Assembly (NCBI GenBank): GCA_903813345.2 | Contig: CAIIXF020000001.1 | Span: forward strand, 35,774,001-35,838,000 | DNA length: 64,000 bases | Origin: Owenia fusiformis | Taxonomy: Eukaryota | Direction of reading: 5' to 3' | Part shown: piece after piece, positions 49,700-63,200 of the stretch | Numbering within the stretch: the stretch's first letter is position 1 | How the letters are laid out: the number at the start of each line of letters is the position of its first letter | The notes under the pieces: model-generated | Database searches by the model: none | The model's input: the letters and a program-made list of their open reading frames with translations, nothing else | What the model was told of the DNA's origin: nothing | Translations under genes and position numbers: made by a program

Positions 49700-50831
49700 C
49701 TTATGAACAGCAATCAACTGCAACACATGAAAATATCACAGAATATTTATATATGCTTTGACAAGTGTTCAGGTTATCACATAATGAGAAACATTAGTAT
49801 GATAATTGATTTAAATGCATATTGTATTGTAGCCTCTGGGTGTTTTATTCAAGAATGATGTCACTAATACTGCAGACAAATCCAGATGATAATCTCCGGT
49901 GAACATATATCATTGTAATATTTTGTACAATAACCTAATGCTGTAAATAAATGCCATTTGTTAAAGTTCTAGTTGTGTGTATTTGAGGCATAGCAGGAGC
50001 ATTTTTTCAATATAGAATCCCACATTTTAAATACTATTAGTTGAAGTCAATATGTCAGGACATCCAGTATATCATCAAAATATTACGACTTGTCAATCTG
50101 TCAATAGTCAATATATTACTTTGACTAATTAAGGCTCAAAGGTGATCACATATTAATAATAATAATGAATAGTCTGTTTCAGTGAATAACCCACTTCATT
50201 AAAAGCCTGCTTCAAATGTTTCTCTAAAGCCTGACAGATAACTTATTCATCTTACTACTATTCTTTTCATCAATTCATATGTGTCAACTCAAAAGTCACG
50301 TAAATATTCATATATTTCTTTTATTTACAACTGCATCAAAATATGACATACAAGTCTACAACAGTGCACTATTATAAAAGGGAGAGTGCACACATAACGA
50401 CACAAAATGAAAATATTTGGCAATCATTTCAAAAATAATTTTCTATTATCTATAATCATGATAATGGATTAAACATCTTTGAATTCTAGAATATCAATGA
50501 TGAGTGAATGTGAATCACTATTTGCAACAAAGCAACATCATGCATCAAAAAAATAAATTACATAAAACTCAAATATAATGAAAAACTGTGTACTGTAAGT
50601 ACATTTAGATTCCAAGTTATGGAATACTTATTTCAAAATAACTATAATTGATATAAGACACTGAGGGAAATGAACTTGGAAATAATCTGGTCCATCATCA
50701 ACTGTGTAATGTATGCAAGACTGAATATTGTTTGAATTTGTTCTTCAGTTATCATGAGATCATTCACATGCTCGTGATGCCTAATTTGCTCCAAGATTTA
50801 TTTTGAGGCTTTCTAAGCATACCAGAATCTC

Positions 50832-51140
50832 AATTTGCAATTGAGGCCCAAATGTACATCACAATCTGCAATTGAGGCCCAATGTATATCTAAATCTGCA
50901 ATTGAGGCCCAATGTATATTATAATCTACAACTGAGGCCCATATATATCATATTACACAATTGAGGCCAACATGAGTTTGCAATTGAGGCCCAGTGTATA
51001 TGATAATCTGCGGAATCGAGGCCCAATGTACATAAGAACCTGCAATCAAAGGCCCAATGTATATCATAATCTTTGCAATTGAGGCCCAATGTATATCAGA
51101 ATCAGCAATTGAGGCCCAATGAATATCAAAAACTGCAAGA
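50832..51140. repeat. ~30-bp tandem repeat (~10 copies) just downstream of the WRAP73 stop codon
   Basis: Unit GCAATTGAGGCCCAATGTATATCATAATCT with variants. Confidence 0.9.
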
Positions 51141-51200
51141 AGCTCCAGGTGTACTAGAATCAGCAGTTTTTACTTAATTTTTTAAAAATCTAAACAGTTT

Positions 51201-54200
51201 TCAGTGTTCAGTATTTTCAGTGTCCCTTAGAAAACATACACACATCTGATCCTTCCCCAGCAGTAAGAGTGTGTTCTCATCTTGGTGCCACTTCAGGGAG
51301 TGGACATGGAATGTACCTGCAAGTTGAGACAATATCTTAATTATGTGGAAAGAACTAAATACAGATGTTCAAATAAAAATATATCACAGAAATGTTTTTT
51401 TATTTCAATAGGATGTACTCGAATATTGAAATACAGTAAAACCTGCGAACAGGGAATGCTCTTGGGACCGGAGGAAAGTTTCCTTGTTCAGAGGTTTTCC
51501 CTATAGAGAGGGGCCGCACTTTCAGCAAACTCAAAATTGCCGAATAAGCATATTTGTATATATATTGATTAAATGTACAAATGCCGACTCCATACTTGGT
51601 TACGTTCTCCTCATGTTGATTTTAGCTGCTTCTAGCGTGTGATGATGTCTAGTTGATGTAATCATTGATATGATGTGTAGAGATATATTGCTAAGAACTG
51701 AATTTCAAGTATTGATAATCTAGAAGTTGGATCAGTAAAAGATTTAAAGAGATTTGGCTCAACATGATCATGTACTTACTATCTGTTAACTCCATAAAAC
51801 AATTGTGTCAGTCCCTGAGTCCCTAGATTATCACAACTGATTTGATGTAATTAGGTTTTTGAAAGGAAGAATTGGTGTCATGATAATAAGTAACAAACAG
51901 ATTAGCATTAGTTTTAAAATATATCGGGGTAAATAACAGTGGGTGGGATGCTACATCATGTCAACAATTGGCTTATCTTAATCTCAATCATATTAATCCA
52001 AGCTTTTTATATTCAAATATTGGCTTAAGACTTTCACACCTCTGAAAAATAATGGAATATGCAGTGTCACGAAAATTCCATATTCCTTGTTCACAGGTGA
52101 ATTTTCATAATTGCCCAAAAATAGTGTTCCTTGTTCCCTGTTCAGAGGTTTTCCCTACAGAGAGGGTCCCTTAACATGTAAGTCAATGGCAAAATATTCG
52201 GTTCTTTTGAAAAGCATTCCTTGTTCATAGGTTTTCCCTACAGAGAGGTATTCCATCGGACAGGTTTTACTGTATACGTAATTGGAAATAGAGGGATGAG
52301 AACTCTATGATCACCCCACATATTTCATTGCTTTCAAAGAAAATAATTGATATTTGTCACATAGAATAAAGCTATAATTCAAAACAGTAAAAATAGAGAA
52401 TCACAAAGACGATCAGTGTGTATCTATTAAAAAATGGGAATTTCTTTCTAATGGATTACTTGTTATCCAGAGTGGAATTAAGTGATCTCTTACCTTCAGT
52501 TGGAATTTCCACAGAAAGACAACCAGCCCTGGACCACATATAGATCTTGTTGTTTCCAGTGCACATGGCTAGCCTGGTCTGTTTGGGGTCCCACTGAACA
52601 CCTGCCGATATGGAAATAATTCATTCAATAAAGATGTCATGATGCCATGAGTAAGAAATGTGAAAAATACTCTTTATACATGACTAGCCTAGTTAATAGG
52701 CTGGCCCTCATTCAGCACACATATGTATATCATGGAAGTGGCATTTTGAAAACATGGATTTACAAGCAAAAACAGGTGATTAATTTATCATAAAGTATAT
52801 TTAACTGCACTTATTAGTATGTCATAATATGGAAGATCTTTTCCTGTACTCACATTTTATGGGGCTGTTCTGTATTATCATCACATTCAGGCAGAGATTC
52901 TGGATATCCCATATCCACAGTGTATGTGGCATGTTATCTATAGTTCAATATAAAGAATTTATAATCAATATATGCCATAAATAAAAGTGAAATGAAATAT
53001 CATTGTAAAGGTTTTACCTTCTTAGAAGGATAGAAGTATTGGTCATTTTGTAAGAAACTGAAGCTAATATCAGTACATGTACATGTATAGACTATGCAAT
53101 ATTTTGATTTTGTAAAGTGACTGATAATTATGAATAGTTACCAATTAACCATTTACATTAGGGTATCTTAATCTAACACTGAACCTACCATTTCTAGTGT
53201 AAAGGTATCTGTTATCTGCACTAAATGCAAGAGAACCAACTCCAACTTTGGGATTAGCTTTGTTGAAATCTACTTTGATAACTGGTATTTGGACACTTCC
53301 CTCAATCACCTCATCTAAGAAAATATAAACAAACATTAGATCAAAACTCAGGATTTACAAATGTTTTAAATGAGAAAAAATTCCAAAATAATACAAGGGG
53401 TTCTTGATGTATTTGTATATGCCTTAAATCAAGTATTTGCAAAATTTCTTTGAGATAGTATAACATTGTCACTGGCAGATCAGAAGCTATTTTTTAACTT
53501 TATTTCAAGAATAAAACATATATACAATTATACATAGGCCTAGTTACATTGTTTAATTTCTATACAGTTTTTCTTTTTCAAAATATGCATGTATACTGCC
53601 AGTTTTGTCTCTATTAAAAATTTGTATTGCCCCCCTGGCTATTAAAACTTCTTTATGATTTTTATTCTTATTTATTCCTATAATTTGTTCAAAAGTGATG
53701 TTCTCAAAAATTTCCATATATCTCTTGTACACTCATAAAACTTATGCTTAACATTGTCATGTCAATTGCATTACAATTTTCACAAAATGAACTATCTTTA
53801 ATTCTAATAAAAACGGTTTAAAATCTCATTACATGGATATATATTGTGTAATGTTTTCGGATCCAGAAGCTAACAAAGGGTGGCCCATTATAAAGACACC
53901 CCCCCCCCTGGATCCGCCAGTGATTTTAGCACAGCCAAGGCCCTTTTTTCTTGAACATTTTGCAACCAGCTTGGTGGCCAGAGACAAGCATAACATCATA
54001 TAACATTAACTTACAATATTTTTCAAATGAATACTTACATTTACTTGGAGTGCTGAATAAGCTTGATGGAGATCGTTGTTCCCTACCTAGTGGCACCCTC
54101 TTTTCAACCTCTTTATAAACAATCTGAAAACAAAATAAGACAAGGATGGGATGATTGAATATGAGCTTTACTACCTGTTCATTAAATAAGATATCAGTAT

Positions 54201-57200
54201 ATTAATTAGAGCAAATAAATGAGCACATTTAATTTAGTAATTTAATAATAATTTTAAGTGATTTAGTATCTTTTAAGTGATTTCATAGAAAATATTTTGC
54301 AATGTGTGGAAACAATTTAAGCCCAAGACTCAATGCATTGTGGCTGCTTCATTCCACTCAGGTGTTGTTTCCTAAAATTACCACTCGATTCTGCGAATTA
54401 TGTTCAAAGGTTGAAACAAGACCTTTTTGAGGAATGATCAGTCCACAATGCACAAGGCTTAAATCCTTGAATGATGTCGCACTGTGACAGTGATCTATTT
54501 TACACTTACCACATTAGGGTTATCTAGAGTTGTAACATGAAGATGTTCAGCCACAGTTTGCCATGTAATGTGGTTAAGAATGCGCACCTGAATGTAATCA
54601 AAACATCAGTAAAAATACAATTAAGTTATCTTATTTAGATGATAATTGATTGATTCAATCCAATACAATATTAATAAATAAAATCTAAGCTAGGTGTATC
54701 TGTATTCAAAACATGGATAGACAAGGCACTAACATGCAATATGTTACCACCTGCCATTTGTTACAGATGCCAACTGCCAAAACACCAGCCACCGAATGCC
54801 AAGCATCAACCACCAAATGCCAAACACCAAACTCCGTATACCATCAACAAAAAGCTCACCATTTGTGACATTATGAGAAAATGATTATTAACAAAATTGA
54901 AATATTCTGAAACAGCATTCAGAAGAGGGATAATATTTTACTTGCCTTTTGGTCATAGCTACCAAGAGCCAGGAATTGACTTGTTGGAGACCAGCTGACT
55001 GTCTTAATGCCCAGAGCATGGTCGTAAGCACTGTAAGTTGATAAACAGCGACCATCTACTGAATACAACAAAACCTTATACTGAAAAAAAACAAATAAAA
55101 ATACATATCATTATAATCATAACAATATATTTAAGGATTTAAGCCGTGAACATTGCATTGTGGACTGAATAATTTCTCTGAAGGTGTTTTCAAATCTTTG
55201 CATGACCCCGCAAAATATATATTTATATAAATTTATATGAAATACTGTGTTCAGATTGGCTGGAATCGGACACCCCTTGCCTAGTTATGTGTGAAAGTTT
55301 TTTCAGTTAGGTGTTGCGTTTTGCCAATGATCCATCCCTTTGCATTTTGCCAATACAGTAATATATTTTTATATCTAGAGGGATTTATAATTACACTTTT
55401 ACTTGAGCATAAAAGGTTGGCAGGGTGGTTGGCTGTTTAAATCTCTTAGATTAGATCTTCATGATCATTATCATTAATTCATTGTCATTAATTGGAGATT
55501 GAATTTTATCAGTCTTTATATCTTTGTTCCTTATAGGCCCTTTCTTTTTCAATACCAGTACTGTCAACCCCCAAAGATTTTCTCGCGGGACAGATTTTTT
55601 AGATATTGGATATTTGATGTCACGCTGAACTGGCTATATAATATACTAACTACCATCAAGTGGCAAATGTAAAATTTATTCTCACATAATAGTGAATAAT
55701 CAATGTTTTTAAAAGTAGTTTTTAGCATCTTAAGAACAAATGTAACTGAGTATCATATGTTATTTGTATTTTCAATGGAATGCAAGCTTTTTGGCACCTG
55801 CAATAGATTAAAGTAGAACTAAGAACTTACACGGAAAAAAATTATATTTTATCTCTTGTTAAGAAATTTGTTGGAGATTTTGTTTTTTAGTTTACATTTT
55901 GCTGGGAAAAGATTTTAAATTCAGATATTGATATTTGTCATTTTAAGGAAGGGCTAAGACTTCCTAACATTGCCCACAGTCAAATCTGTCAGTAAACTTG
56001 ATAATCACAAGTGAACCTCTTTATTGGTAACACTACACCAGATTTCAAAGGATCCCACTGTTAGACCTATTAATCACTGTTTAGATTCTACTTATTACAA
56101 CTGTTCATATTCACATCTTGCCCAGACATATCCACTTTAACCACTGAATAAGAAATAATTCATTTATTGAAAAGTACATTTGGGATAAATAAATAGTATA
56201 TACATGTAGTATAATATATAGCTTGAATGTTTTAAAATATTTTGCAAATGGGTTTTTAATCTGTGCTTAATATAGTTTGCTTATCTTCTATGACAAGTTG
56301 TGGTCAAACCCTAGTAGTTTAACCGCAAAAGTTCTCCCAACTCCAGGGTAATACATAAGGGTAAAGGTTAATATATAAACCGGGACTACTTTCTCATTCA
56401 TGAATTTCATTGGATGAAGCTTCCTGGAAAGGCAATTAGTTGCTAACATACTATCAGCTACTACAATTTACTACTAATGTTTACTATTATATGTCCTGGG
56501 ATGATCTAATCCAAAACTCACTGGCAGACATGGGGAAGGGCAAACCTTTTTTCATTTTGGGCCTTCAATCCTTTAAACATTTCAACAGCCTGACAAACAT
56601 GCTCATCTTTTAATATAAAAGTGCTCAACAATAAAAAAAAAAATGCTCATCTTAAACATTCAAATGGCAACCAATAAACAAATTTACCTCTAAACATTCC
56701 AATGTTCATTTTTAAACATACTCACCATGAAACATTCAAATACTCACCAAGCAAGCTCAATTTCAAACATTTAAATGCTCATCAATAAAAAAGCTCACCT
56801 TGAAACACTCAAATGCTCAACTGTAAGCATGTTTAACTCTAAATATATATTTATTTTGTAATCTTACCCAGTGTTACCAACTGTGATATGTGAAACTTTT
56901 TTTTTAATTTCAAAAAGTGGTTTTGAAGGACATTTTGCTTAAAAGATTCATGAATTTATTTAAACAACATTTTACAGAGCATATGTATCTTACACCATAT
57001 ACTTCACACCAATACATAGCATTCATCCTCCCATATTTTGGAAAATAATTAAGAAAATTATTTGATAAATAAGCGAGAAATGAACTCTTGCACGCATGAA
57101 AGTGGTACAGAGAAAAATGCACTTCAAAATTTTTAGTTGTCATAGAAACCAATTTTATTTTATAAAGTTTTATGAAGTTTAGTATATTTAGAAAAGCTTG

Positions 57201-59819
57201 GCATAGAAACCAAAATTAAAATGTATTTTCAATGTAGTGAAATATTTGATGATTAAAAAAATTCAACTTTTATTTGAAAAGTGGCGGGAAATTTGAATAT
57301 TTGAGAAACAAAAAGCTGACAACTTTTTTTCATAACTTTTTTTTTCTTAAAAATCTATAAAATACCTAGCAAAGTTTACATGGGGCATTTAAGGACTTTT
57401 TGTTAAAAAATTGTGAATTTCTTTCAAATAAAATGTTAGTTGTCACACACGTACATTGTTAAGCAATACAGGGTGGTCCAAAAAAGTGAACTTATTTCCT
57501 GCAGGAATCCTTTCATATTTTCACAAGTTGTAGATGAAGGTCTCAAATTTTTGTTGGTAACATACATTTTTCAAATCTTGAAATTTGCATATATTTATTT
57601 ATATAGCATTCTTAATTCGAATTTGCAAAAGCTCACTTTGAAACATGTTCACCTTCAATAATTCAAATCCTCACCTATACACATGCTTTAATCAAATGCT
57701 CATCTACAAAAATGTATACACTAACCTGTAAACAAGAGTCCCAGACACATAGCACTTTGCCATCAGGAGACCACTTGACACCAGCTAAATCTTCTGTAGA
57801 AGTCTCAAAGTGCTACAACAATAATACAACATACATTTATTTAGATACTGATTTTCCCAATTTTATTTCCTTGTTCACTTTTAATGTTATTTTAATATGA
57901 TCTATACAACAGAAAAATATCAACTAAATCATCCCATTTCTTGAAGTTATACGATAATTAGTAATAAGGAAACACTGAACTCCTTTTTGAAACTGGTAGC
58001 CACCAAATATAGGAAAAGTTCAAATCAAAATAGCCTGTAGAACATTAAATGTGAAGGAAATCATACCACATGTACTTGAGTTTGACATGTATTTGATTAT
58101 CTGGAGAGGGGTCTGTACATCTTCCTTCGATGGAATGGATATGATGCATCATTTTAATCCAATTTCAATGTATTGTGCAAAAATGTATTTACCTTAACTA
58201 ACTGCCATGTATTACATGCAAATACACTGATAAAGTCTTTACATTCTCTTCTCTCTGCTAGAGCCATATACTTCCCTCCTCTGCTGAAGTCCATTCCTAA
58301 AATACATGAATATTAAATACTAGATGCTAGGCGCTGACACTCAGATAATAAGAATTGCTAAATAGTACAGGTCTCGACTCTTCATCTTGATTGCACCGTT
58401 TGCGGCTTCAGGGTGTTATACTACAGTTAAGTTTATCTTGAAACATGAAAAATATAGTTCATTGAAATATATCACCTGACCAATACCCTACTGTATATAT
58501 TTACTTATCAGAATACAACACAGTCTGAATATAATACCACTAAGTCAAGTATACATACCATTCTCTCCACACTGCTTTGGATATTTGATGTAAGACACAG
58601 ATTTATTGATGAGAGACCAAACAGTCACACGAAGCTGAAAGTATATGAATCATGAAGTAAACTTAATGTCACTACATTATTTTTCTTATGTGTATTATAT
58701 GTTACAATTTCTTATAGATGTATCGCCATGTTAATGTAGTTGTATATGGCATGTTTTGAGCGATTCTAGGTGTTATTCTACGGGGGTCATGGCTAACAAT
58801 AGTATGCGGCTGCATATTCTGTGTATATGTAGCTATGCCCCTGACATTGTTTATAGTTTTATTACAGGATATCATAAGAGGATTTGTATAATACTAGTAT
58901 GCCTATCTTAGAATGGGCAATATAATACCTGAAAATCTGCTGTTGCGAGAATATGTCTTCCATCTGGACTCCATCTTACATCAGTGAGACCGGCTGACCC
59001 TTCATCTATCTTACATGTCCACTCTGGCTGTTCCAATGACCAAACCTACATAAACAGTTGAGAGATACATGGCAATGTCTACCTTTATGCAGTATGGTTG
59101 GTCTTAACATCACTAGATCATATACAATAATTCTTACAATATTGAATGGGTTTTCAAGCTGGGTACTCAGGGCTCTCTCCAGGCTTTTAGACTATGGTGC
59201 AGCACCACACTCTATTCCACAGTCTAAACATGACTGAATATACAATAATAGCATGTTAAAAGGATAAAATATAACATAAATATGATTTATCACGATTGAA
59301 TGGTTATTCTGAAGATGTTAGCACCACACCCTAGATATTTCCTGTTGAGAACAGTGGTACTAATACTTTGATAAAAGTGGATATCTGATCAATTGAGATA
59401 AATTGTTGTAAATAAGGCGAGCCATTACAACAGGCCTTGTATGAACTAGGCTTTTAAGTCATACATGTATGACGTGCTGGTTACCTGAACAAGTCCTCTT
59501 TTGTACATCCCACATAGTATAAACAGGGAGTCTGAAGACCACTGAAATGTAAGAATATATCTATTAACATTCAAACGTTTTCTCGTAATTCAAAATAAAA
59601 CCTTAGGTGTTCAGTGTTTATCTTACTAGCATTGTATAATTTTCCATACTTTATCTAGTAACTATTTTCTCCAAATACAGATAGAAAAGAAACAGAAAAT
59701 ATCATTGCACATATTTTTCTAACCTCTATTTTCTGGATAGCATCCAAACAAGTGTAAAGTTGGGTAATCTGTAATGTGCTCACTTCTCGTACAATCAGCC
59801 TGTACTGGACAACATTAGC
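51201..59819 (-). CDS. WRAP73: WD repeat-containing protein WRAP73 (WDR8); first coding exon not located
   Basis: Exons 59724-59819 ([26 protein letters not shown]), 59485-59541 ([19 protein letters not shown]), 58929-59045 ([29 protein letters not shown]), 58559-58634, 58193-58296, 57726-57812, 54946-55080, 54510-54587, 54039-54123, 53189-53314 ([14 protein letters not shown]), 52854-52937, 52494-52601 and 51201-51316 (stop). The translation is colinear with the vertebrate WRAP73 sequence as recalled. Confidence 0.95.
51434..52272. mobile_element. Tc1/pogo-type MITE in the last WRAP73 intron
   Basis: TA|CAGTAAAACCTG ... CAGGTTTTACTG|TA ends, with internal repeats TTCCTTGTTCAGAGGTTTTCCCTA.AGAG. 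Confidence 0.8.
56860..57388. mobile_element. Truncated copy of the Kolobok-like element at 17415-18235
   Basis: Colinear similarity (TCTTACCCA.TGTTA.CAA..TGTGATATGTGAAACTTTTTTTT; GGCGGGAAATTTGAATATTTGAGAAA), ending TTTACATGGGGCAT|TTAA. Confidence 0.7.
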
Positions 59820-60417
59820 CTGGAGAAAAACAATATATAAAAACATGTGTGCACATATCTCTACAATGCACCACAATACATATTCCAAACAATACCATGG
59901 TCGAAACAAATAAATTTTACCAAACATATTTATTCAGGCACTTTACCTTACTTAGTCCTGAATACTGTAATAATCACATCCAATCAAATTTTAAAACATG
60001 AATTTATGTCCATTCATATTTCTTCTTTTACTTTATAAGAAAAAGAAGAAACATTTGTGGCAGTCCCAAGTCTCAGTCTCACACCGGAATATCTGACAAC
60101 GATAAAGTCAGATACCATTGTCACAAATGGCGGACATAACCGATTAACCATCGCTTCAACTCTTTAATCACTTGGTCCTCATTTCATGGGATTTTATCGT
60201 CGCTAAATCTGTGACAGCGGTATCTGACTTTACCGTTGTCAGGCTATTCCGGTGTGAATCTGTACAAGTTCAATAAGTTAGGTCCTAATTTTACTTTAGA
60301 CTAAGTTACTCACAAAGCCAAGTCACTCATAGACAGTGATGCACCAGGTCTGATGCGTTAAAACTATTTTGAGTTTCGACATCAATTCAATGTTAGATTT
60401 TTAATAATTTAATACCC

Positions 60418-61367
60418 TGTAATGACCAAATACCAAGTTGCTACTACAGCTAAGCTGTGTTGACTTAAGTCTTGATAGCTCAGTCCATAATGGCCTAGTC
60501 ACATAGCCCGGCCGATGAGGTTCCGATGAGCCAGCGATGCAATTTTCACCGAACTCGGCCGAACACCGGCCGGACACCGGCCGGACATCCGTGGCGTTTG
60601 TTGCTTAAAACCGCATCGGTGGCAGCTCGGTGAAATTTTAACTTCGGAGTTAAATTTCACCGGGCTCTCACCGAGCTCCCTCATCGCAGCCCCATCGTAA
60701 CCACATCAGAACACACGTCGGCCGGTGCACGGCCGAGTATCGGTCGGTGTCCCGTGCATCTGAGACAACCAGAGGACGAGGTTTTTTTAACGGACACCGG
60801 CCGAGCTCCGACCGAGCTCCGGCCGATGTGGGACAGAGCCTTGGAAAGTATAGTACCTGAAGATGTCCGGACGGAGTCCGTTCACGTCACCGAGCTCTGC
60901 TTCCGATGAGGAGAGCTCGGTGGCACCAAAAAAATCCACCAAGCTCTACCGATGCCGGACATCGGCCGGGCTATGTGACTAGGCCATAAAGCATCAGACT
61001 TTGAACTGGAAGGCTCAGAGGTAGAGCATCAAACTCTGGATCAGAATGTCCTGGGTTCAATTACTGTACAGAGCAATAAATTTAGCACACTCCCTTTCAG
61101 ATCTGTATTTGGCTTGTTACACTACAGCTCCCGGACGAGTGCCCAAGGGTTGTTACAGCCCATGGGTCGTGCCCACAGGTTGATGTCAGAAGTGGGATCT
61201 CAAGCTGCTACTTCAGTTCAGCTGTGTTGACGTCTTGTCCGTAGCCCATCAGACTCTGAACTAGTAAGTCCTGGTTTCAATTCCCGAATGGGAATGGCAC
61301 TCTCCCTTTGATGTTTGTATCTGACTTGTTACACTTCAGCTCCCCCAAGGGGCAACGAGCCGTTACA
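60418..61367 (+). mobile_element. tRNA-containing TRIM/LTR-like relic with two related units and a tRNA-Leu primer-binding-like site
   Basis: Unit 1 (60418-61157, TGTAA...TGTTACA) and unit 2 (~61202-61367, ending GTTACA) share CTAC..CAG.T.AGCTGTGTTGAC, tRNA-Lys-like CATCAGACT..GTCCTGG.TTCAA and CAC.CTCCCTTT..TGTAT.TG.CTTGTTACACT.CAGCTCCC. TGATGTCAGAAGTGGGAT lies between them at 61181-61198. Confidence 0.6.
60491..60986. mobile_element. GC-rich PIF/Harbinger MITE, young insertion
   Basis: Perfect 27-bp TIR TGGCCTAGTCACATAGCCCGGCCGATG with TAA TSD (60488-60490 and 60987-60989). Confidence 0.9.
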
Positions 61368-61439
61368 ACTAGGGCTAGCGCTCGAGCAATTCACCTCCGA
61401 TACGAGCTGTATCGATACATAAAATGAATATCAGTCGTA

Positions 61440-61690
61440 TCGTTTTTTGGCCGGAAGTCCCTTCTTACTTACCCAAAGGAAGGGAAAAACTCCGAGCTTA
61501 GAGATGACAGACAGTCAATGCAGTCATAGTTACCTATCTTGCTTACTGCCTTCGTTTGCCCCGATAGTTCCCGAATACCACACGTCGTTAAGATGTTTTA
61601 ATCGATGTTAGCATATTTTACACCTTTCTTTGTCGTGATGTGAAATAAACGTTATCTGGCTAAAGTACTTCCGGCTTTACAAGTCACATA
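61440..61690. promoter_or_regulatory. Candidate housekeeping-type promoter or 5' UTR exon region upstream of WRAP73
   Basis: ETS-like CCGGAAGT at 61451 and ACTTCCGG at ~61667, local CpG enrichment, and a minus-strand donor GG|GTAAGTAAG at ~61472. Similar motifs occur at ~63530 and ~63934. Confidence 0.35.
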
Positions 61691-62654
61691 TATATTCCTA
61701 GTCATTAAAAATATGAGTTGATACATATGTTGAATGTATACAGATTCAAAAAACGGGAAAAAATTTGAGAAGTCACAAATCCACAAAAAATAGCCGCAAA
61801 ATTTTGAAAACTGAGAATTAGTGAATATTCATACCCGCAAAATTTCGAAATTGCAAAAAAAGTGAAATATAATAGCATCAAACATTAGTTGGAGTATACT
61901 GTAGTATTAAACTCAGCAATATCAGTCCGAGTATTATCAGTTCATAGGACACTTTTGGCTAAATATAAGTGTATCTTAAAAGAGTATTATATTTAAAATC
62001 ATTTCCAAAATTAACAAAATTCAGAATGACCCCTCCCTTCTGATATTAATAGCATAGATATATGATAAAATACAAATGTTATGATGCAATATAATATGAA
62101 AGTCTTGCAAGACCCCCCCCCCCCATCCATATTAGAACAAGCTCCCAGAGTTCCCAGATCTTCTTTATTTGAACTCATTTCAGATAATGATAATAATAGT
62201 AATAGTAGTGTGGTCAGCAATAACAAAAATCCACAGGATCTTGTAGCACCTTATATGGTATTGTTTATGATGACTGATATGGGGCTTTACTTATACTACA
62301 GGGCCTATCATAGTGCTCATCTCATATCATAGTGCTACATGTCTCTGTGTAAAAATCTAATGATTTAACCACTTTGCCACCAAATCTTGGATTGAAAATC
62401 ATCAACTTCTCAGATGGTTAAAATGGAAAGTTAAAGTTGAGGATCATGCTTAGAGATTGAAAGCTTCTATACACACTTCTCATACACAGTAGTAGGCTTG
62501 ATTCAAAGTAATTAAGGAGCAACAGTTTAAGATAAGGTGACAACCTCATTAATTTTAGCCAGAGAAGAAATCTGAAAATTTAATGTCTTTCTGGGTCTCT
62601 TTCTAGGACTATGCACACGATTATCAATTTTAGGAAACTTCACTTCCAAATAAC

Positions 62655-63200
62655 CATTGCTACAATTCAATTAAGTAGTAAGGTACAATTAAATGCTTTA
62701 AAAAGTAACAAAGCCTATTGTCAAATGGAAATAAAGTTAGGGGAAGTAATAAATATGCAAATTAATCTACCCAATCGGCCATTTTGAATGGCACTTCCTA
62801 TGTAAACAAAAAATAATTTTAACATATGTGGGCTATTGTCTGAATATTTTCATTCCAAATTTCAAAAAAAATTCAGACTAGAGGATATAGTCTAGGACTA
62901 TAGTACTGAGAATGTCTCAATCTTTTGCCTGTACGATTACAACATGGGAGAATTTTCTATGCTTCTTACACTTAAGGTTCCTACTTCAATAGATTCCTTG
63001 GTATTTTAGCATTCTTATATGTTAAAATTTGGGATTGAAAATTATTTGTTTACATAGGAAGTGCCATTCAAAATGGCCGACTGGGTAAATTAATTTGCAT
63101 ATTTGTTACTTCCCCTAGCTTTATTTCCATTTGACAATATGCTGTGTTACTTTTTATAGCATTTAATTGTACCTTACTACTTAATTGAATTGTCATAATG
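62655..63200. mobile_element. Foldback/MITE with ~160-bp inverted arms
   Basis: CAATTCAATTAAGTAGTAAGGTACAATTAAATGCT..GAATGGCACTTCCTATGTAAACAAA (~62663-62810) is inverted at ~63045-63192. Confidence 0.75.

Noticed and set aside
49276..49858. Poly-Pro/poly-Gly ORFs
   Set aside because: They arise from the poly-C tract of a MITE.
54770..56820. Short degenerate tandem motifs (CCACCAAATGCCAAACA at ~54770-54850; AAACATTCAAATGCTCA at ~56590-56820)
   Set aside because: Ordinary low-complexity intronic minisatellites with no further structure.
60499..60684. GC-rich ORF suggesting horizontally acquired DNA
   Set aside because: It lies wholly within a Harbinger MITE with TIRs and TSD and has no recognisable protein motif.
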